A DNA stretch of 64,000 nucleotides from an uncultured Verrucomicrobiae bacterium (GCA_963801815.1 CAWDGJ010000009.1:1-64000), one strand, 5' to 3'. Shown: positions 10,971 through 21,904, counted from the stretch's first letter. Translations and numbers: made by a program. Notes: a model not told the origin generated them from the letters alone.

Positions 10971-10974
10971 GCCA

Positions 10975-12558
10975 ATGACTGAGGCCCTGAGCTCGGATTC
11001 GGTTGAAGAAAGGCGCACGTTCGGATGGCTGGTGGTGACGGCCGCTGGAGTGCGCGCCGCGTTCGGAATACTCATGGCGATCGACGCGTGGTTGAAATGG
11101 CGGCCGGCATTTGCTGCGCACTACGTCGGATATTTGCAGAACGCGATGAACGGTCAGCCGCGTTGGCTCGCTGCATGGTATAATTTTTGGTTACGAATTG
11201 TTATTCAACACACGAGCTTCTTCGTTCTGGCAACACGGTTGATTGAGACGGCGATCGCAATTGGCCTCCTGCTCGGGTTGGCGCGCCGCATCACCTACAT
11301 CGCCGGGGCGCTGTTCAGTCTGCTGATTTGGTCAACCGCTGAAGGTTTCGGCGGTCCTTACACATCCGGCGCGACGAATCTCGGTCCGGCGTTGATGTAT
11401 GCGCTCGTTTTTGTCGCGATAGCGCTGTTTGAACGCCTTCTGGGCAGCACGCCATATAGCCTCGATTACTACATTGGCCGCCAGTTTCCGCGCTGGCGAT
11501 CGATTGCTGAATGGGCGCCTCGCCGCGTGTGGGAACGTCCGCCGCCCACCCTCGACATGGACCATCAATTGGCAGCCCTCGGTGCAATTGTCGTCGCGAT
11601 CGCTCTTGCGTTTGCGTCCCTCGGAAGTGCAACAGCGACGAAAGCCGCGCCGCCCACGCCCCAGAATGCCGAGGCCGCGGTTTCGCCATTGAGCATTGCT
11701 TCTGGTGCTCCAGTTGCGCACGCAGTCCCCGCCGAGTTGCCGCCGTTGATTAGCAATGGTGACACTGCGTCCGTGACGCTCGTTGCTAGCGATGCAAAAG
11801 TGGAAATCGCCAGCGGTGTTCAGTTCGATGCATGGACGTTCGGCGGTACGGTGCCGGGTCCGTTTCTCCACGTGCGGCAGGGGCAACTGGTCAATATCAC
11901 TTTCATTAATAATGGAAACATGACGCACTCGATTGATTTTCATGCCGCGCAGATCGATCCGAGCGTTGCCTACCGCTCGGTCAATCCGCACGAAAAGGTC
12001 GAGTTTTCATTCGTGGCGCAGACGCCGGGTGCATTCATTTATCATTGCGGAACACCGCCGGTATTGCAGCACATCGGCAACGGGATGTTTGGCGCAATCA
12101 TTGTCGATCCCGTCCAGCCGCTGCCGCCCGCCGACGTCAACTACGTCCTGGTGCAAAGCGAGTGGTACACCCAACAGGTTAGCGGCACAGAAATGTCAGG
12201 CGATTACCAAAAGATGCTGAATATGACTCCCGATGAGATCGTATTTAATGGTGTTGCGTTTCAGTACAGCCAGCATCCACTCACTGCGAAAGTCGGACAA
12301 CGGGTTCGGTTTTATTTTGTTGATGCGGGCCCGAGCCTGTATAGCGCATTTCATATAATCGGCGGAATGTTCGCCGCGGTGTACCCGGACGCAGACGCGA
12401 ACCATGCTCAAACGGGTGTTTCCGTCTATACCATCGCGCCTGGGCAAGGCGTTGTCTTCGATGCGATCATGCAGCAGCCGGGCAAATATCCGATCGTTGA
12501 TCACAGCATGCGCAACATGATGATCGGCGCCATGGGGGTCCTTAGTGTCTCGCAATAG
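10975..12558 (+). CDS. Copper nitrite reductase (NirK-like) fused to an N-terminal DoxX/TQO DoxD-like membrane domain
   Basis: HSIDFHAA, YHCGTPPVLQHIGNGM, SAFHIIG and YPIVDH motifs; N-terminal LIWSTAEGFGGPY hydrophobic domain. Confidence 0.8.
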   Translation: MTEALSSDSVEERRTFGWLVVTAAGVRAAFGILMAIDAWLKWRPAFAAHYVGYLQNAMNGQPRWLAAWYNFWLRIVIQHTSFFVLATRLIETAIAIGLLLGLARRITYIAGALFSLLIWSTAEGFGGPYTSGATNLGPALMYALVFVAIALFERLLGSTPYSLDYYIGRQFPRWRSIAEWAPRRVWERPPPTLDMDHQLAALGAIVVAIALAFASLGSATATKAAPPTPQNAEAAVSPLSIASGAPVAHAVPAELPPLISNGDTASVTLVASDAKVEIASGVQFDAWTFGGTVPGPFLHVRQGQLVNITFINNGNMTHSIDFHAAQIDPSVAYRSVNPHEKVEFSFVAQTPGAFIYHCGTPPVLQHIGNGMFGAIIVDPVQPLPPADVNYVLVQSEWYTQQVSGTEMSGDYQKMLNMTPDEIVFNGVAFQYSQHPLTAKVGQRVRFYFVDAGPSLYSAFHIIGGMFAAVYPDADANHAQTGVSVYTIAPGQGVVFDAIMQQPGKYPIVDHSMRNMMIGAMGVLSVSQ

Positions 12559-12684
12559 CCGGAAACAACGGACCTTATTAAGCGCTTTTCGTTCAGTTCG
12601 CGAGCGACCACGAAAGTGCCAAAGCTATCAAACCAAGGCCTGCAGATGTGCGCAAAGCATACATTTCGTTGATCGAATTGCAGA

Positions 12685-12869
12685 TGCCAGCAGGCCAGCT
12701 ATCGATAACCAACTCAACTGCCGTAAGTTAACGCTCCAGAGGTAGGATTCGGCGGTGCTTTCCCCTGTATTTGACTACAGTTAAGCAGCTTACACCTCAG
12801 CAATCGAGCGAACTCGGCGACTACTCGCCCGTACTCTTTCACTGCCGTTTGCTGGCAATTTTGCTAGCA
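12685..12869 (-). repeat. Junction 3: both arms around the tRNA-Asn 3' core
   Basis: TGCCAGCA at 12685-12692, core at 12733-12751, TGCTGGCA-ATTT-TGCTAGCA at 12850-12869. Confidence 0.92.
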
Positions 12870-13118
12870 GTTGGAAGATATAGAATGCGGGTTCGAGCCC
12901 CTGTAGGCTCCGAGGTTTTTGTATTACAGAAATTTCTTCGGTATGAGCTTTTCATTCGTTAGGCAACGGTACCTGCGAACTTTTGACAGCAATAGGACTG
13001 CGCCTGCATCGACTTACCGGCTAACAAAACGGACATTAATCGATCGGCTGATGTCTCAGGTCCGGTTAAACGAATAAGTTGACGCGCATGACTATTTGGC
13101 ATAAATGCCAAATAGTTA

Positions 13119-13442
13119 ATGAACACGAACTCGATAAAATCCCGCACCGGCCGTCGTGCTGCAGTAATCAAAGCCCTCGGGCACCCGTCCCGTGTTCTCA
13201 TCGCCGAGATGCTCACCGCGGGAGAAAAATGTGTAAACGAATTGACTGGCGCGGTTGGGGCAGACATCTCGACGGTCTCGAAGCATCTAGCGGTAATGAA
13301 AGCCGTTGGCTTAGTTGAGGTCGAGAAGCGCGGGCTAAATCAATTTTACCGTTTAAGCTGTCCATGCCTGCTCGAGTTTTTTCGATGTGTCGACTTGATC
13401 TGCCAGACTCGGAATCCGTCAGCGAGAAAGGCTGTCGCATGA
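13119..13442 (+). CDS. ArsR/SmtB-family regulator
   Basis: KALGHPSRVLI...KCVNEL...TVSKHLAVMK, CPC. Confidence 0.85.
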   Translation: MNTNSIKSRTGRRAAVIKALGHPSRVLIAEMLTAGEKCVNELTGAVGADISTVSKHLAVMKAVGLVEVEKRGLNQFYRLSCPCLLEFFRCVDLICQTRNPSARKAVA

Positions 13443-13494
13443 CTTTCGTAACTCGAAACTTGGCGATAACGCCAAATAAACCGACAACACAAAA

Positions 13495-13779
13495 ATGAAT
13501 ACAACATCAAAAATTGATTACCAAACCAACAGCGGCTGCTGCTCTGACGCATCCACCGGTGACTTGTTCCCGGATATGCTCCATCTCGCAAAGAACCGGC
13601 TCAATAAAGGTCGCGTTTTCGGCGTATTACTTGAATCGCATGGGATGGGGATCCAGAACCGCAAGATCGTAGTTGATAAAAAGGCCTGGGAAGAGTGCGC
13701 TAAGAGCCCCAATTTCCGCGCCTGTTACGACCTAAGTATTGCCAAGCTCGCACTTCAGCAGGCACAGACAGGGTATTGA
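13495..13779 (+). CDS. Small Cys-containing hypothetical protein
   Basis: 94-aa ORF between the ArsR gene and acr3, with CC and CxxxxxxxxC. Confidence 0.6.
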   Translation: MNTTSKIDYQTNSGCCSDASTGDLFPDMLHLAKNRLNKGRVFGVLLESHGMGIQNRKIVVDKKAWEECAKSPNFRACYDLSIAKLALQQAQTGY

Positions 13780-13858
13780 AGCTGAAGGGCCTTTCGAGTC
13801 AGCACGGATCTTACCGCACGAACATAGCAACTGCATAAACGCAATCGGTAGCTGGATT

Positions 13859-14938
13859 ATGAGCACCACAGGAACGGCCAAACGACTAGATTTCTTCGAG
13901 CGCAACCTGTCGCTCTGGGTCCTGCTCTGCATGGCGGTGGGACTCCTTTTCGGCAAGCTCCTGCCGCAGGTCACAACGCGGCTGGCGCACTGGGAATTTG
14001 GTAGAGATTCTCATGTCAACATCGTGATTGCCATTCTGATTTGGCTGATGATCTACCCAATGATGCTGAAGATTGATTTCGGCGGGATCAAAGGTGTGTT
14101 TGCTCGGCCGAAAGGCTTGTTCATCACGCTGTTCGTCAACTGGCTGATCAAGCCGTTCGGCATGGCCCTGCTAGGCTTTATATTCGTGAAGGTTATTTTC
14201 GCCGGCTGGCTCGGTCTCTTCGACATGCAAACCGCAGGCAATTACGTCGCAGGATTAATCATCCTCGCGGCTGCGCCATGCACCGCGATGGTTTTCGTTT
14301 GGAGCTATCTTACGGACGGCGATGGCCCCTACACATTAGCGCAGGTCGCGATAAACGACCTGATCATGGTGTTCGCTTTTGCGCCAATCGTAATGTTTCT
14401 GGTTGGCGTTAGTGGGGTCCACATCCCTGCGAACGTGCTGCTCATTTCGGTGCTGGTCTTCATAGTTATTCCGTTGGCGACAGGGTGGGTCAGCCGGAAC
14501 GCGCTTATCAAAACGAGGGGCGTCGCCTGGTTCGATTCGATGTTCCTGCCGAAATTCCGTCCCGTAACAATTGTAGCATTGCTCGCCACGCTGGTTCTGA
14601 TCTTCGCGTTTCAGGCGGAAAACATTATCCGGAACTGGTTAGCCGTTTTGCTGCTGGCGATACCGATCCTGATTCAAGTTTACTTCAATTCGACTCTCAC
14701 CTATTTACTGATGCGACTCTTCAAGGTGCCGCACAACGTGGCGACGCCGGGCGCATTAATCGGAGCAAGCAACTTCTTCGAACTGGCCGTCGCGGTCGCG
14801 ATTACGCTGTTCGGCCCGACGAGTCCGGCTGCTCTTGCCACCGTCGTTGGCGTGCTAGTCGAGGTGCCTGTGATGCTTTCTGTCTGTCGAGCCTGTGTCG
14901 GATCAAAACACTGGTACGAGTGTGCCGTCCCTATTTGA
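13859..14938 (+). CDS. acr3: Acr3 arsenite efflux transporter
   Basis: AAPCTAMVFVWS, GASNFFELAVAVAI and VLVEVPVML. Confidence 0.93.
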   Translation: MSTTGTAKRLDFFERNLSLWVLLCMAVGLLFGKLLPQVTTRLAHWEFGRDSHVNIVIAILIWLMIYPMMLKIDFGGIKGVFARPKGLFITLFVNWLIKPFGMALLGFIFVKVIFAGWLGLFDMQTAGNYVAGLIILAAAPCTAMVFVWSYLTDGDGPYTLAQVAINDLIMVFAFAPIVMFLVGVSGVHIPANVLLISVLVFIVIPLATGWVSRNALIKTRGVAWFDSMFLPKFRPVTIVALLATLVLIFAFQAENIIRNWLAVLLLAIPILIQVYFNSTLTYLLMRLFKVPHNVATPGALIGASNFFELAVAVAITLFGPTSPAALATVVGVLVEVPVMLSVCRACVGSKHWYECAVPI

Positions 14939-15033
14939 ATCGCCCGAGCCGAATTAAGCAATCGGATGATTTATTTGTTGCCTAACAAACAGTCCAATTG
15001 GGACGAAATCCGCAATATGTGCATCACTGCCTG

Positions 15034-15114
15034 ATGAGCATAAAGATCGGAATTAACGGTTTTGGACGAATGGGACGCCTTGCCATGCGGGCGGCTTCAG
15101 GAAAAATTCGGTAG
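15034..15114 (+). pseudogene. N-terminal remnant of GAPDH, probably the ArsJ-associated type
   Basis: Reads MSIKIGINGFGRMGRLAMRAA then stops after 26 codons. Confidence 0.8.
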
Positions 15115-15181
15115 ACGCTGAGGATGAGCGGTTTAGTCCAATGGAGGCCGCATTAGTCCAGAAAAGTCGAGAACGCGGCAA

Positions 15182-15320
15182 TGGCTCCAGAGGTAGGATT
15201 CGGCGCTGTCTTCCCCTGTATTTTGTTGCACTGAAGCAGCTTACACCTCAGTAATCAAGCCAACTCGCGCACTACTCGGGCGTACTCTTTGACTGCCAGT
15301 TGCTGGCAATTTTGCTGGCA
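15182..15320 (-). repeat. Junction 4: tRNA-Asn 3' fragment with CCA plus conserved arm
   Basis: Core at 15184-15202; TGCTGGCA-ATTT-TGCTGGCA at 15301-15320. Confidence 0.92.
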
Positions 15321-15550
15321 GCTACGGGGAAGCCATAGAACGTGGGTTCGGGCCCTGTAGGCTACGAGGTGACAAACTTGTGCTGAGTCGGGAGACACGA
15401 GTCCCGCAAGATATGCCCAATTATAAGCAAGAACCGGCGAGCGAGACCGGCCAAGCTTGCTCAAGATAGCCGCAGCGGCGTCGGAGCTAAGACTTAACGA
15501 CACGGTTGTGTGGATCAAGCAAACCAAATAAAACATCAGGAGAAAATGTC

Positions 15551-15889
15551 ATGAAAGCAAAATCGACAGTAGCTATCGGGATTGTCATCGCTCTTTGTAG
15601 TTTCGGTGTGTTCGCGCAGGACAAGGAGCCGGAAAAAATGGGCGGCATGATGAAAGAGCACGGCGCCAAAATGGCGGAGATGCACCAGAACATGGAAGCA
15701 GCATGGAAAGAGCAAGACGCCGAATTAGATAAGCTAGTCAGTCAAATGAACAGCGCGCAGGGCGAACAGAAAATGAGTGCGATGGCCGCGGTTGTCAGCA
15801 AGCTCGTGGAACTACGAAAGAAGGACCACGAGGACATGGCCGCAATGCACAAGAAAATGCAAAGCGAAATGGAAAGCAGGAAGAAATAG
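15551..15889 (+). CDS. Secreted Met-rich helical protein, possibly metal-binding
   Basis: Signal peptide ending VFA-Q; many Met/His residues; AGGAG upstream. Confidence 0.7.
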   Translation: MKAKSTVAIGIVIALCSFGVFAQDKEPEKMGGMMKEHGAKMAEMHQNMEAAWKEQDAELDKLVSQMNSAQGEQKMSAMAAVVSKLVELRKKDHEDMAAMHKKMQSEMESRKK

Positions 15890-15997
15890 AAGGCGGAGAC
15901 AGGTCCCAGCGACGAGCATTCCAAGCATCATCCGTAAGGTCGACAATCACCAGATGAAGGTGTGCGCGGAATGTTGAATCGACCAGGGAGGCGCTAA

Positions 15998-16159
15998 ATG
16001 ATGCGGTTAATTCTCATTCTTTCCATCAGCGCCGGAGGCGGCGCATTGCTCGGTTATTTTGGCCAATGCTCGTCGGGGGGGTGTCCGCTGACTTCGACGT
16101 GGTGGCGCGGCGCCATTTACGGCAGCGTGCTTGGACTGCTCCGGACGGTAATGGTCTGA
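15998..16159 (+). CDS. Small membrane protein, DUF6132-like (not in the ORF track)
   Basis: MMRLILILSISAGGGALLGYFGQCSSGGCPLTSTWWRGAIYG; GGGAGG ribosome-binding site. Confidence 0.7.
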   Translation: MMRLILILSISAGGGALLGYFGQCSSGGCPLTSTWWRGAIYGSVLGLLRTVMV

Positions 16160-16170
16160 CCAAACCAACG

Positions 16171-16611
16171 ATGAAAATTCTGCATAACCATTTGGCTCTG
16201 ATTGGCGCGCTCATCCTGCTGGTCATCGGAATCGGTTGCAACCGCCACGCCAACGAAACCAGTCTCCAGCCGAACCAATCGGCCGAGAAAAGCTCGCCCC
16301 AGCTGGTTGACGTGACCGAAGCGAAGCGACTGATTGCTGCCAGGCAGGTGACGATCCTCGATGTCCGCACGCCCGACGAGTTCAGTGCCGGACATATCGC
16401 CGGAGCAAAGAACCTGAATTTCTACGACGGAGATTTTCAGTCAAAGCTCCAGCAGTTGGACAAGAGCCAGTCCTACCTTGTGCATTGCGCGTCGGGACGC
16501 CGGAGCGCGCAAGCCGGCGCCGTCATGAAGCACCTCGGTTTCAAGTCGGTCTACGATCTCGCCGGTGGAATGAAAGCCTGGGAGCAAGCGAACCAGGAAG
16601 TCGTAAAGTGA
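16171..16611 (+). CDS. Rhodanese-domain lipoprotein
   Basis: Lipobox-like GIGC; LDVRTPDEFSAGHIAGA and HCASGRRS. Confidence 0.88.
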   Translation: MKILHNHLALIGALILLVIGIGCNRHANETSLQPNQSAEKSSPQLVDVTEAKRLIAARQVTILDVRTPDEFSAGHIAGAKNLNFYDGDFQSKLQQLDKSQSYLVHCASGRRSAQAGAVMKHLGFKSVYDLAGGMKAWEQANQEVVK

Positions 16612-16633
16612 ACTCGCCAACAAAAACAAATTT

Positions 16634-17014
16634 ATGCTATTCAAACTATCGACTGACAAAACCGTGAGTGAGACAGCGGCCGCTTTGCAAGGCGCCGTCG
16701 AGGCTAATCACTTTGGTGTCATGCAGGTACACAACCTCAAAGAGACCATGGCGAAGAAGGGCGTAGAGTTCGCCCATGAATGTCTGATCTTCGAGGTCTG
16801 TCAGCCGCAACAAGCGAAAAAGGTTCTCGAACAAAACATGAGCATCTCCACCGCGCTGCCGTGCCGAATCTCCGTTTACGAGGAGAATGGAAAAACGGTT
16901 CTGGCTACTCTGAAGCCAACAACTCTTCTGGCCTTGTTCAACGTCCCGGCATTGCAACAAGTGGCGCAGGAAGTGGAGGACACGCTCGTTAAAATCATGA
17001 AAGCGGCGGCGTGA
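16634..17014 (+). CDS. DUF302 protein
   Basis: IFEVCQP...LPCRISVYE. Confidence 0.85.
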   Translation: MLFKLSTDKTVSETAAALQGAVEANHFGVMQVHNLKETMAKKGVEFAHECLIFEVCQPQQAKKVLEQNMSISTALPCRISVYEENGKTVLATLKPTTLLALFNVPALQQVAQEVEDTLVKIMKAAA

Positions 17015-17066
17015 GTGTGTCGACCGGTCGACGCATCAACACTATATAAACGAAGCGCGGCACAAC

Positions 17067-18170
17067 ATGCCTCCTCATCACCTGTCTTCCGCTTCCCGCT
17101 TGACGAGAAGATCGCCGCTCAACGTTTCCGTTTTTGGTTGGGTCATTTCGCGCGGCAGGCGGCATGCATTTCTCGCACTCGTTTCCATCCTGTCGCTCAC
17201 AGCCTGTCATGGGGAAAAAACCAAGACGCGGTCGGAAGCTCCGCCAGTCGGCGTTCGTGTCGCCGAGGTAACAGATAAGGCGCGAACTTCGAGCGAAGAA
17301 GTGGTCGGCACCGTCCACCCCAAGCTGCGAGCCGTCATCGAAGCGAAGGTCAGTGGGCGAATCGAGAGATTGCTTGTCGCCCCAGGGCAGCAGGTGAAGC
17401 GGGGCGATCTGCTCGCACAACTCGATGCGCGCGAAATCCAGGCGAAGCTCGACCAGGCGCTCGCGTTGCGCGAGCAGGCGACGCGCGATCTCGAACGAGC
17501 CCGTAAACTATTCGAGCAGAAAATCACATCGCAAGCAGAGTTCGATACCGCCCAGGCACGCGCGGGCGTCACGGCCGGAGCGGTAACGGAAACGCAGACG
17601 GCGCTTGGTTACACCAAAATATTGGCGCCGTTCAACGGTGTGATCGCGCGCAAACTAGCGGATGTGGGCGACCTTGCCGCGCCGGGCAAACCGATCGTCG
17701 AGATGGAAGATCCGGCCGCATTGCGATTCGAAGCTGATATGCCGGAAGCGCTGGCTCAAGAAATCAAAATCGGCGACAAGCTTCCGGTGCGCGTGAGCGC
17801 TGTGACCACTGATCTTGAAGGAACGGTGGTTGAAATGGCGCCGGTCGCCGACCCATCAAGCCGCACTTTCCTCGTGAAACTTGATCTGCCGCCGGCGGAA
17901 GGCGTGCGCGATGGACAGTTCGGCCGGGTTCTCGTGCCGACGGGCAAGACGGAAACCGTCTGGGTGCCGGCGTCAGCGCTCATCGTGCGCGGACAAATGG
18001 AGACAGTGTTCGTAGCGGTGAACGGGCACGCACAACTCCGCCTTGTCCGCACCGGCAAGCGTACAAACAGCGAGGTGGAACTGCTCGCCGGCATTAGTCG
18101 CGGCGAGAAGGTTGTCACCGAGGGCGCGGCGGAATTGCACGACGGCCAACCCATTACCGTCAAGCCGTGA
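17067..18170 (+). CDS. RND efflux periplasmic adaptor
   Basis: Lipoyl/hairpin motifs [14 protein letters not shown] and ILAPFNGVI. Confidence 0.88.
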   Translation: MPPHHLSSASRLTRRSPLNVSVFGWVISRGRRHAFLALVSILSLTACHGEKTKTRSEAPPVGVRVAEVTDKARTSSEEVVGTVHPKLRAVIEAKVSGRIERLLVAPGQQVKRGDLLAQLDAREIQAKLDQALALREQATRDLERARKLFEQKITSQAEFDTAQARAGVTAGAVTETQTALGYTKILAPFNGVIARKLADVGDLAAPGKPIVEMEDPAALRFEADMPEALAQEIKIGDKLPVRVSAVTTDLEGTVVEMAPVADPSSRTFLVKLDLPPAEGVRDGQFGRVLVPTGKTETVWVPASALIVRGQMETVFVAVNGHAQLRLVRTGKRTNSEVELLAGISRGEKVVTEGAAELHDGQPITVKP

Positions 18171-21100
18171 ACGACGCGAGCAGAGAGTTGGCCGTCGATG
18201 CGCATGGCCCCGCCGGCCGCATCGCCCGGGCATTCATCAATTCGAAGCTCACCCCGCTGATCGTTGTCACGGCGGTCATGCTCGGCCTTGCCGCAGTCTT
18301 CCTGCTTCCGCGCGAGGAGGAACCGCAAATCAAGGTCCCTATAATGGACGTGTTCGTGAACATGGCCGGCTTCTCCGCAAAAGAGGTGGAGGAGCGCGCG
18401 ACCCGGCCGATGGAAAAGTTGCTCTGGGAAATTCCGGGCGTCGAATATATCTACTCGACGTCGCGCGACAGCGAGAGTCTCGTGATCATCCGGTTCAAGG
18501 TCGGCGAGGATGTGGAGCGAAGCCTCGTCAAGGTGACGGAAAAACTGCGCTCAAATCTGGATCGCATTCCGCACGGCGTTGGGATGCCGCTGATCAAGCC
18601 GAAGTCGATCGACGATGTGCCGATCCTGGCGCTGACTTTTCATAGCGCACGTTACGATCACCTCACGCTGCGCCGGCTGGTCGCGGAAGTTGACGACGCC
18701 GTGAAGGCGGTGCCACTCGTGGCCGAGACTATGGTGATCGGCGGCGCGCGCCGCGAAATCCGCGTGTTGCTCGATCCGGTGCGGCTCGCCTCGCGCAACC
18801 TCAGCGCGGCTGGGCTCGTGCCCATGTTGCAGCAGGCGAACCGGCAATTCCGCGCTGGCGGATTGACCACAAACAATCAGGAGGTGGTTGTGGAAACGGG
18901 CGCGTTCCTCACCAGCGCGGCTGATGTTGGTAATGTCGTTGTCGGCGTTTTCGCGAATCGGCCCGTCTATCTGCGCGACGTAGCTGAAATCGTGGATGGC
19001 GCGGAGGAACCGTCGAACTACGTTTTCTTTGGACGCGGCGCCGCACGTTCCTCTTTGCCCGACGAAGAGCCGGCCGTCACGCTGAGCGTCGCGAAGCGGC
19101 CCGGCGCCAATGCCATCTCTGTCGCTAACCAGGTCCTGCGAAAAATCGAGACGCTTAAAGGAACGCTAATTCCGGCCGATGTGACGGCGTCGATCACGCG
19201 CCATTACGGCGAAACCGCGGCCGAGAAATCGAACGAGTTGCTCTGGCACATGGGTATCGCGGTGCTTGGCGTTTCGCTGCTCATCTGGCTCACGCTCGGG
19301 TGGCGCGAGTCCGCTATCGTCGGCATCGCGATTCCGGCGACCCTCGGGCTGACGCTGCTGGTGTTTTATCTTCTCGGTTTCACTCTGAATCGCATCACGC
19401 TTTTCGCGCTGATCTTTAGCATCGGCATCCTCGTGGATGACGCGATCGTCGTGGTCGAAAACATCGTTCGGCATTTTCATTTGCCACAGAATCGAGGCCG
19501 AAGCTGGTCCGCGATTGCGCTCGAAGCAGTCAGCGAAGTCGGCAACCCCACGATCCTCGCCACCTTCGCCGTAATTTGTGCGGTGTTGCCAATGGCTTTC
19601 GTCGGCGGACTGATGGGTCCCTACATGCGGCCGATCCCGATTGGCGCGACCGCGGCGATGAGCTGGTCGCTCGCGATTGCATTTGTTGTTACCCCGTGGG
19701 CGTCGATTCGCATTCTGGCGTGGGGAAAGAAATATTCTAAACTCACCTCAGGCGCCGCGCCCGCCGGTGGGCACGGCTCCTTCGCGCATGAGGAAGATTT
19801 TTTTACGCGATTGTATCGCCGGATCATGGGGCCGCTCATCGCTCAGTCGCGCGTGCGCTCGATCTTTCTCGGTGGCATCACCGCGCTGCTCCTGGCCGCG
19901 ATGGCCATGGTCGCGCTCGGCTGGGTCAAGGTGAAAATGCTGCCGTTCGATAATAAGAGCGAGTTCCAGATTATCTTGAACATGCCGGAAGGCAGCGCGC
20001 TCGAACGCACTGCGCAGGTTTCCCGCGAGATCGCGGCCGCGATCTGCACCGAACCGGAAGTGACCGACTACCAAATCTATACCGGCGTTGCGGCGCCATT
20101 TAACTTCAATGGACTCGTCCGCCAGTATTTCATGCGCCGCGGCGCGAACGTTGCCGACATCCAGGTCAACCTCGTCTCCAAAAACGAGCGTCGTGCGCAG
20201 AGCCACGACATCGCCAAACGCGTCCGGCCGCGAGTGGCGGAAATCGCCGCACGCTACAACGCGCGTGTCGCGGTCGCCGAAGTGCCGCCGGGGCCGCCCG
20301 TTTTGCAGACGCTCGTCGCCGAAATCTACGGCCCCGACGAGACGTCGCGGATAAAACTTGCCACAAAAGTGCGCGAAATTTTCAAGCAAACTCCCGGCGT
20401 CGTGGACGTGGACTGGTATGTCGAGGCAGATCAGCCGAAAGCTCTGTTCGTGATCGATAAAGAAAAGGCCGCGCTCCATGGCATCAGCGCCGAGACGATC
20501 TCGCAAACGTTGCGCATCGCCGTCGGTGGAGAGTCGATCGATCTACTTCACCAACCGCGCGAGAAGGAAGATGTAAACATCATGCTCGAGCTGCCCCGCT
20601 CCTCGCGCACGAGGCCCGCGGAATTGCTCGCTCTGCGCGTGCGCTCCGGCGACGCTAACGCGCTGCCCGAGCCTGGCGCCGCAGGGGCCGCGCCACTTGT
20701 ACCGATGGGCGAGCTGGTCAAAGTCCAGCACACCATTACTGAGAAGAGCATCTATCATAAGAATCTGATGCCGGTGACTTACGTGATCGGCGATGTAGCC
20801 GGCGTCGTCGAGAGCCCGGTTTACGCGATCTTGAAAATGAACAAGACCCTGCAATCCCTGGATACGCGCGCCTTCGGCGGGACCGGAGCCCCACTGAGAA
20901 TCTACAACGCGCATCTGCCGTTTTCCGATGCGTACCCGGCCTTGAAATGGAACGGCGAGTGGCAAGTCACCATCGAAGTCTTCCGGGACCTCGGCAAAGC
21001 CTTCGCAGCGGTTCTTGTGCTCATCTACGTGCTGATGGTCGGCTGGTTCCGTTCGTTTTTGACACCGCTCCTGGTGATGGCCGCAATTCCGTTCTCACTC

Positions 21101-21475
21101 GTCGGCGTTCTGCCCGCGCACGGATTAATGGGAGCGTTTTTTAGCGCGACCTCGATGATCGGCTTCATGGCCGGCGCGGGAATCGTCGTGCGCAACTCGA
21201 TTATTCTCGTCGACTTCATCGAGCTACGTGTGCGCGAAGGAATGCCGTTGGCGGAAGCGGTAGTTGATGCCGGCGCGGTCCGTTTTCGCCCGATGCTCTT
21301 GACCGCGCTCGCGGTGGTCGTGGGCACCAGCGTCATCCTCTTGGACCCGATTTTTCAAGGGCTTGCGATCGCACTGATGGCCGGCGAAATAGCCTCGCTG
21401 CTCATCAGCCGCATGGCTGTCCCCGTTCTCTATTACATGGCGAATGAGCGGCGCGAATCCTCGAAGTCTTCGTAA
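18167..21475 (+). CDS. RND efflux permease
   Basis: 1102 aa; [14 protein letters not shown] and RFRPMLLT. Confidence 0.92.
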   Translation: MNDASRELAVDAHGPAGRIARAFINSKLTPLIVVTAVMLGLAAVFLLPREEEPQIKVPIMDVFVNMAGFSAKEVEERATRPMEKLLWEIPGVEYIYSTSRDSESLVIIRFKVGEDVERSLVKVTEKLRSNLDRIPHGVGMPLIKPKSIDDVPILALTFHSARYDHLTLRRLVAEVDDAVKAVPLVAETMVIGGARREIRVLLDPVRLASRNLSAAGLVPMLQQANRQFRAGGLTTNNQEVVVETGAFLTSAADVGNVVVGVFANRPVYLRDVAEIVDGAEEPSNYVFFGRGAARSSLPDEEPAVTLSVAKRPGANAISVANQVLRKIETLKGTLIPADVTASITRHYGETAAEKSNELLWHMGIAVLGVSLLIWLTLGWRESAIVGIAIPATLGLTLLVFYLLGFTLNRITLFALIFSIGILVDDAIVVVENIVRHFHLPQNRGRSWSAIALEAVSEVGNPTILATFAVICAVLPMAFVGGLMGPYMRPIPIGATAAMSWSLAIAFVVTPWASIRILAWGKKYSKLTSGAAPAGGHGSFAHEEDFFTRLYRRIMGPLIAQSRVRSIFLGGITALLLAAMAMVALGWVKVKMLPFDNKSEFQIILNMPEGSALERTAQVSREIAAAICTEPEVTDYQIYTGVAAPFNFNGLVRQYFMRRGANVADIQVNLVSKNERRAQSHDIAKRVRPRVAEIAARYNARVAVAEVPPGPPVLQTLVAEIYGPDETSRIKLATKVREIFKQTPGVVDVDWYVEADQPKALFVIDKEKAALHGISAETISQTLRIAVGGESIDLLHQPREKEDVNIMLELPRSSRTRPAELLALRVRSGDANALPEPGAAGAAPLVPMGELVKVQHTITEKSIYHKNLMPVTYVIGDVAGVVESPVYAILKMNKTLQSLDTRAFGGTGAPLRIYNAHLPFSDAYPALKWNGEWQVTIEVFRDLGKAFAAVLVLIYVLMVGWFRSFLTPLLVMAAIPFSLVGVLPAHGLMGAFFSATSMIGFMAGAGIVVRNSIILVDFIELRVREGMPLAEAVVDAGAVRFRPMLLTALAVVVGTSVILLDPIFQGLAIALMAGEIASLLISRMAVPVLYYMANERRESSKSS

Positions 21476-21622
21476 AACAGAAACAAACCGCAGTAATGCG
21501 AAATCAAAGGGTCCGAGTCATCAGAAGAATCGATTCGTAGAAACTATTCGGAGTGTTTGTCCGCTGAGTCTGAGGTCGTGACCGCGTGCGGCCACGGTCG
21601 AATGGTCGATGTCGTCGTTGGC

Positions 21623-21807
21623 TGCCAGCAAATGCATGCGCTGTAAGCGTCACGTTTCCAAGGTATTACCGCTCCAGAGGTAGGATTCGGCGGTGTCTTC
21701 CCCTGTATTTGGCTGCACTGAAGCAGCTTACACCTGAGTAATCAAGCAGACTCGCCCACTAATCGCACGAACTCTTTCACTGCTGTTTGCTGGCAATTTT
21801 GCTGGCA
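21623..21807 (-). repeat. Junction 5: both arms around the tRNA-Asn 3' core
   Basis: TGCCAGCA at 21623-21630, core at 21671-21689, TGCTGGCA-ATTT-TGCTGGCA at 21788-21807. Confidence 0.92.
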
Positions 21808-21861
21808 CTTCGGGGAAGCGCGGGATTGATCTTTGGCGCTCAGCGGCACTCCAACATGGAG

Positions 21862-21904
21862 CATACCTGTCGAGCATGCTGAGGGAAGAAACATGGTCTT
21901 TCAC
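21862..21904. promoter_or_regulatory. Putative LysR operator, copy 1
   Basis: ATAC-N7-GCAT followed by AAGAAACATGGTCTTTCAC; same spacing as at 24854-24895. Confidence 0.6.

Noticed and set aside
9541..21807. CRISPR array or classical integron attC sites
   Set aside because: Spacers are kilobases of multi-gene cargo, repeats begin with a tRNA 3' end, and I found no cas or intI gene and no RYYYAAC...GTTRRRY attC hairpin.
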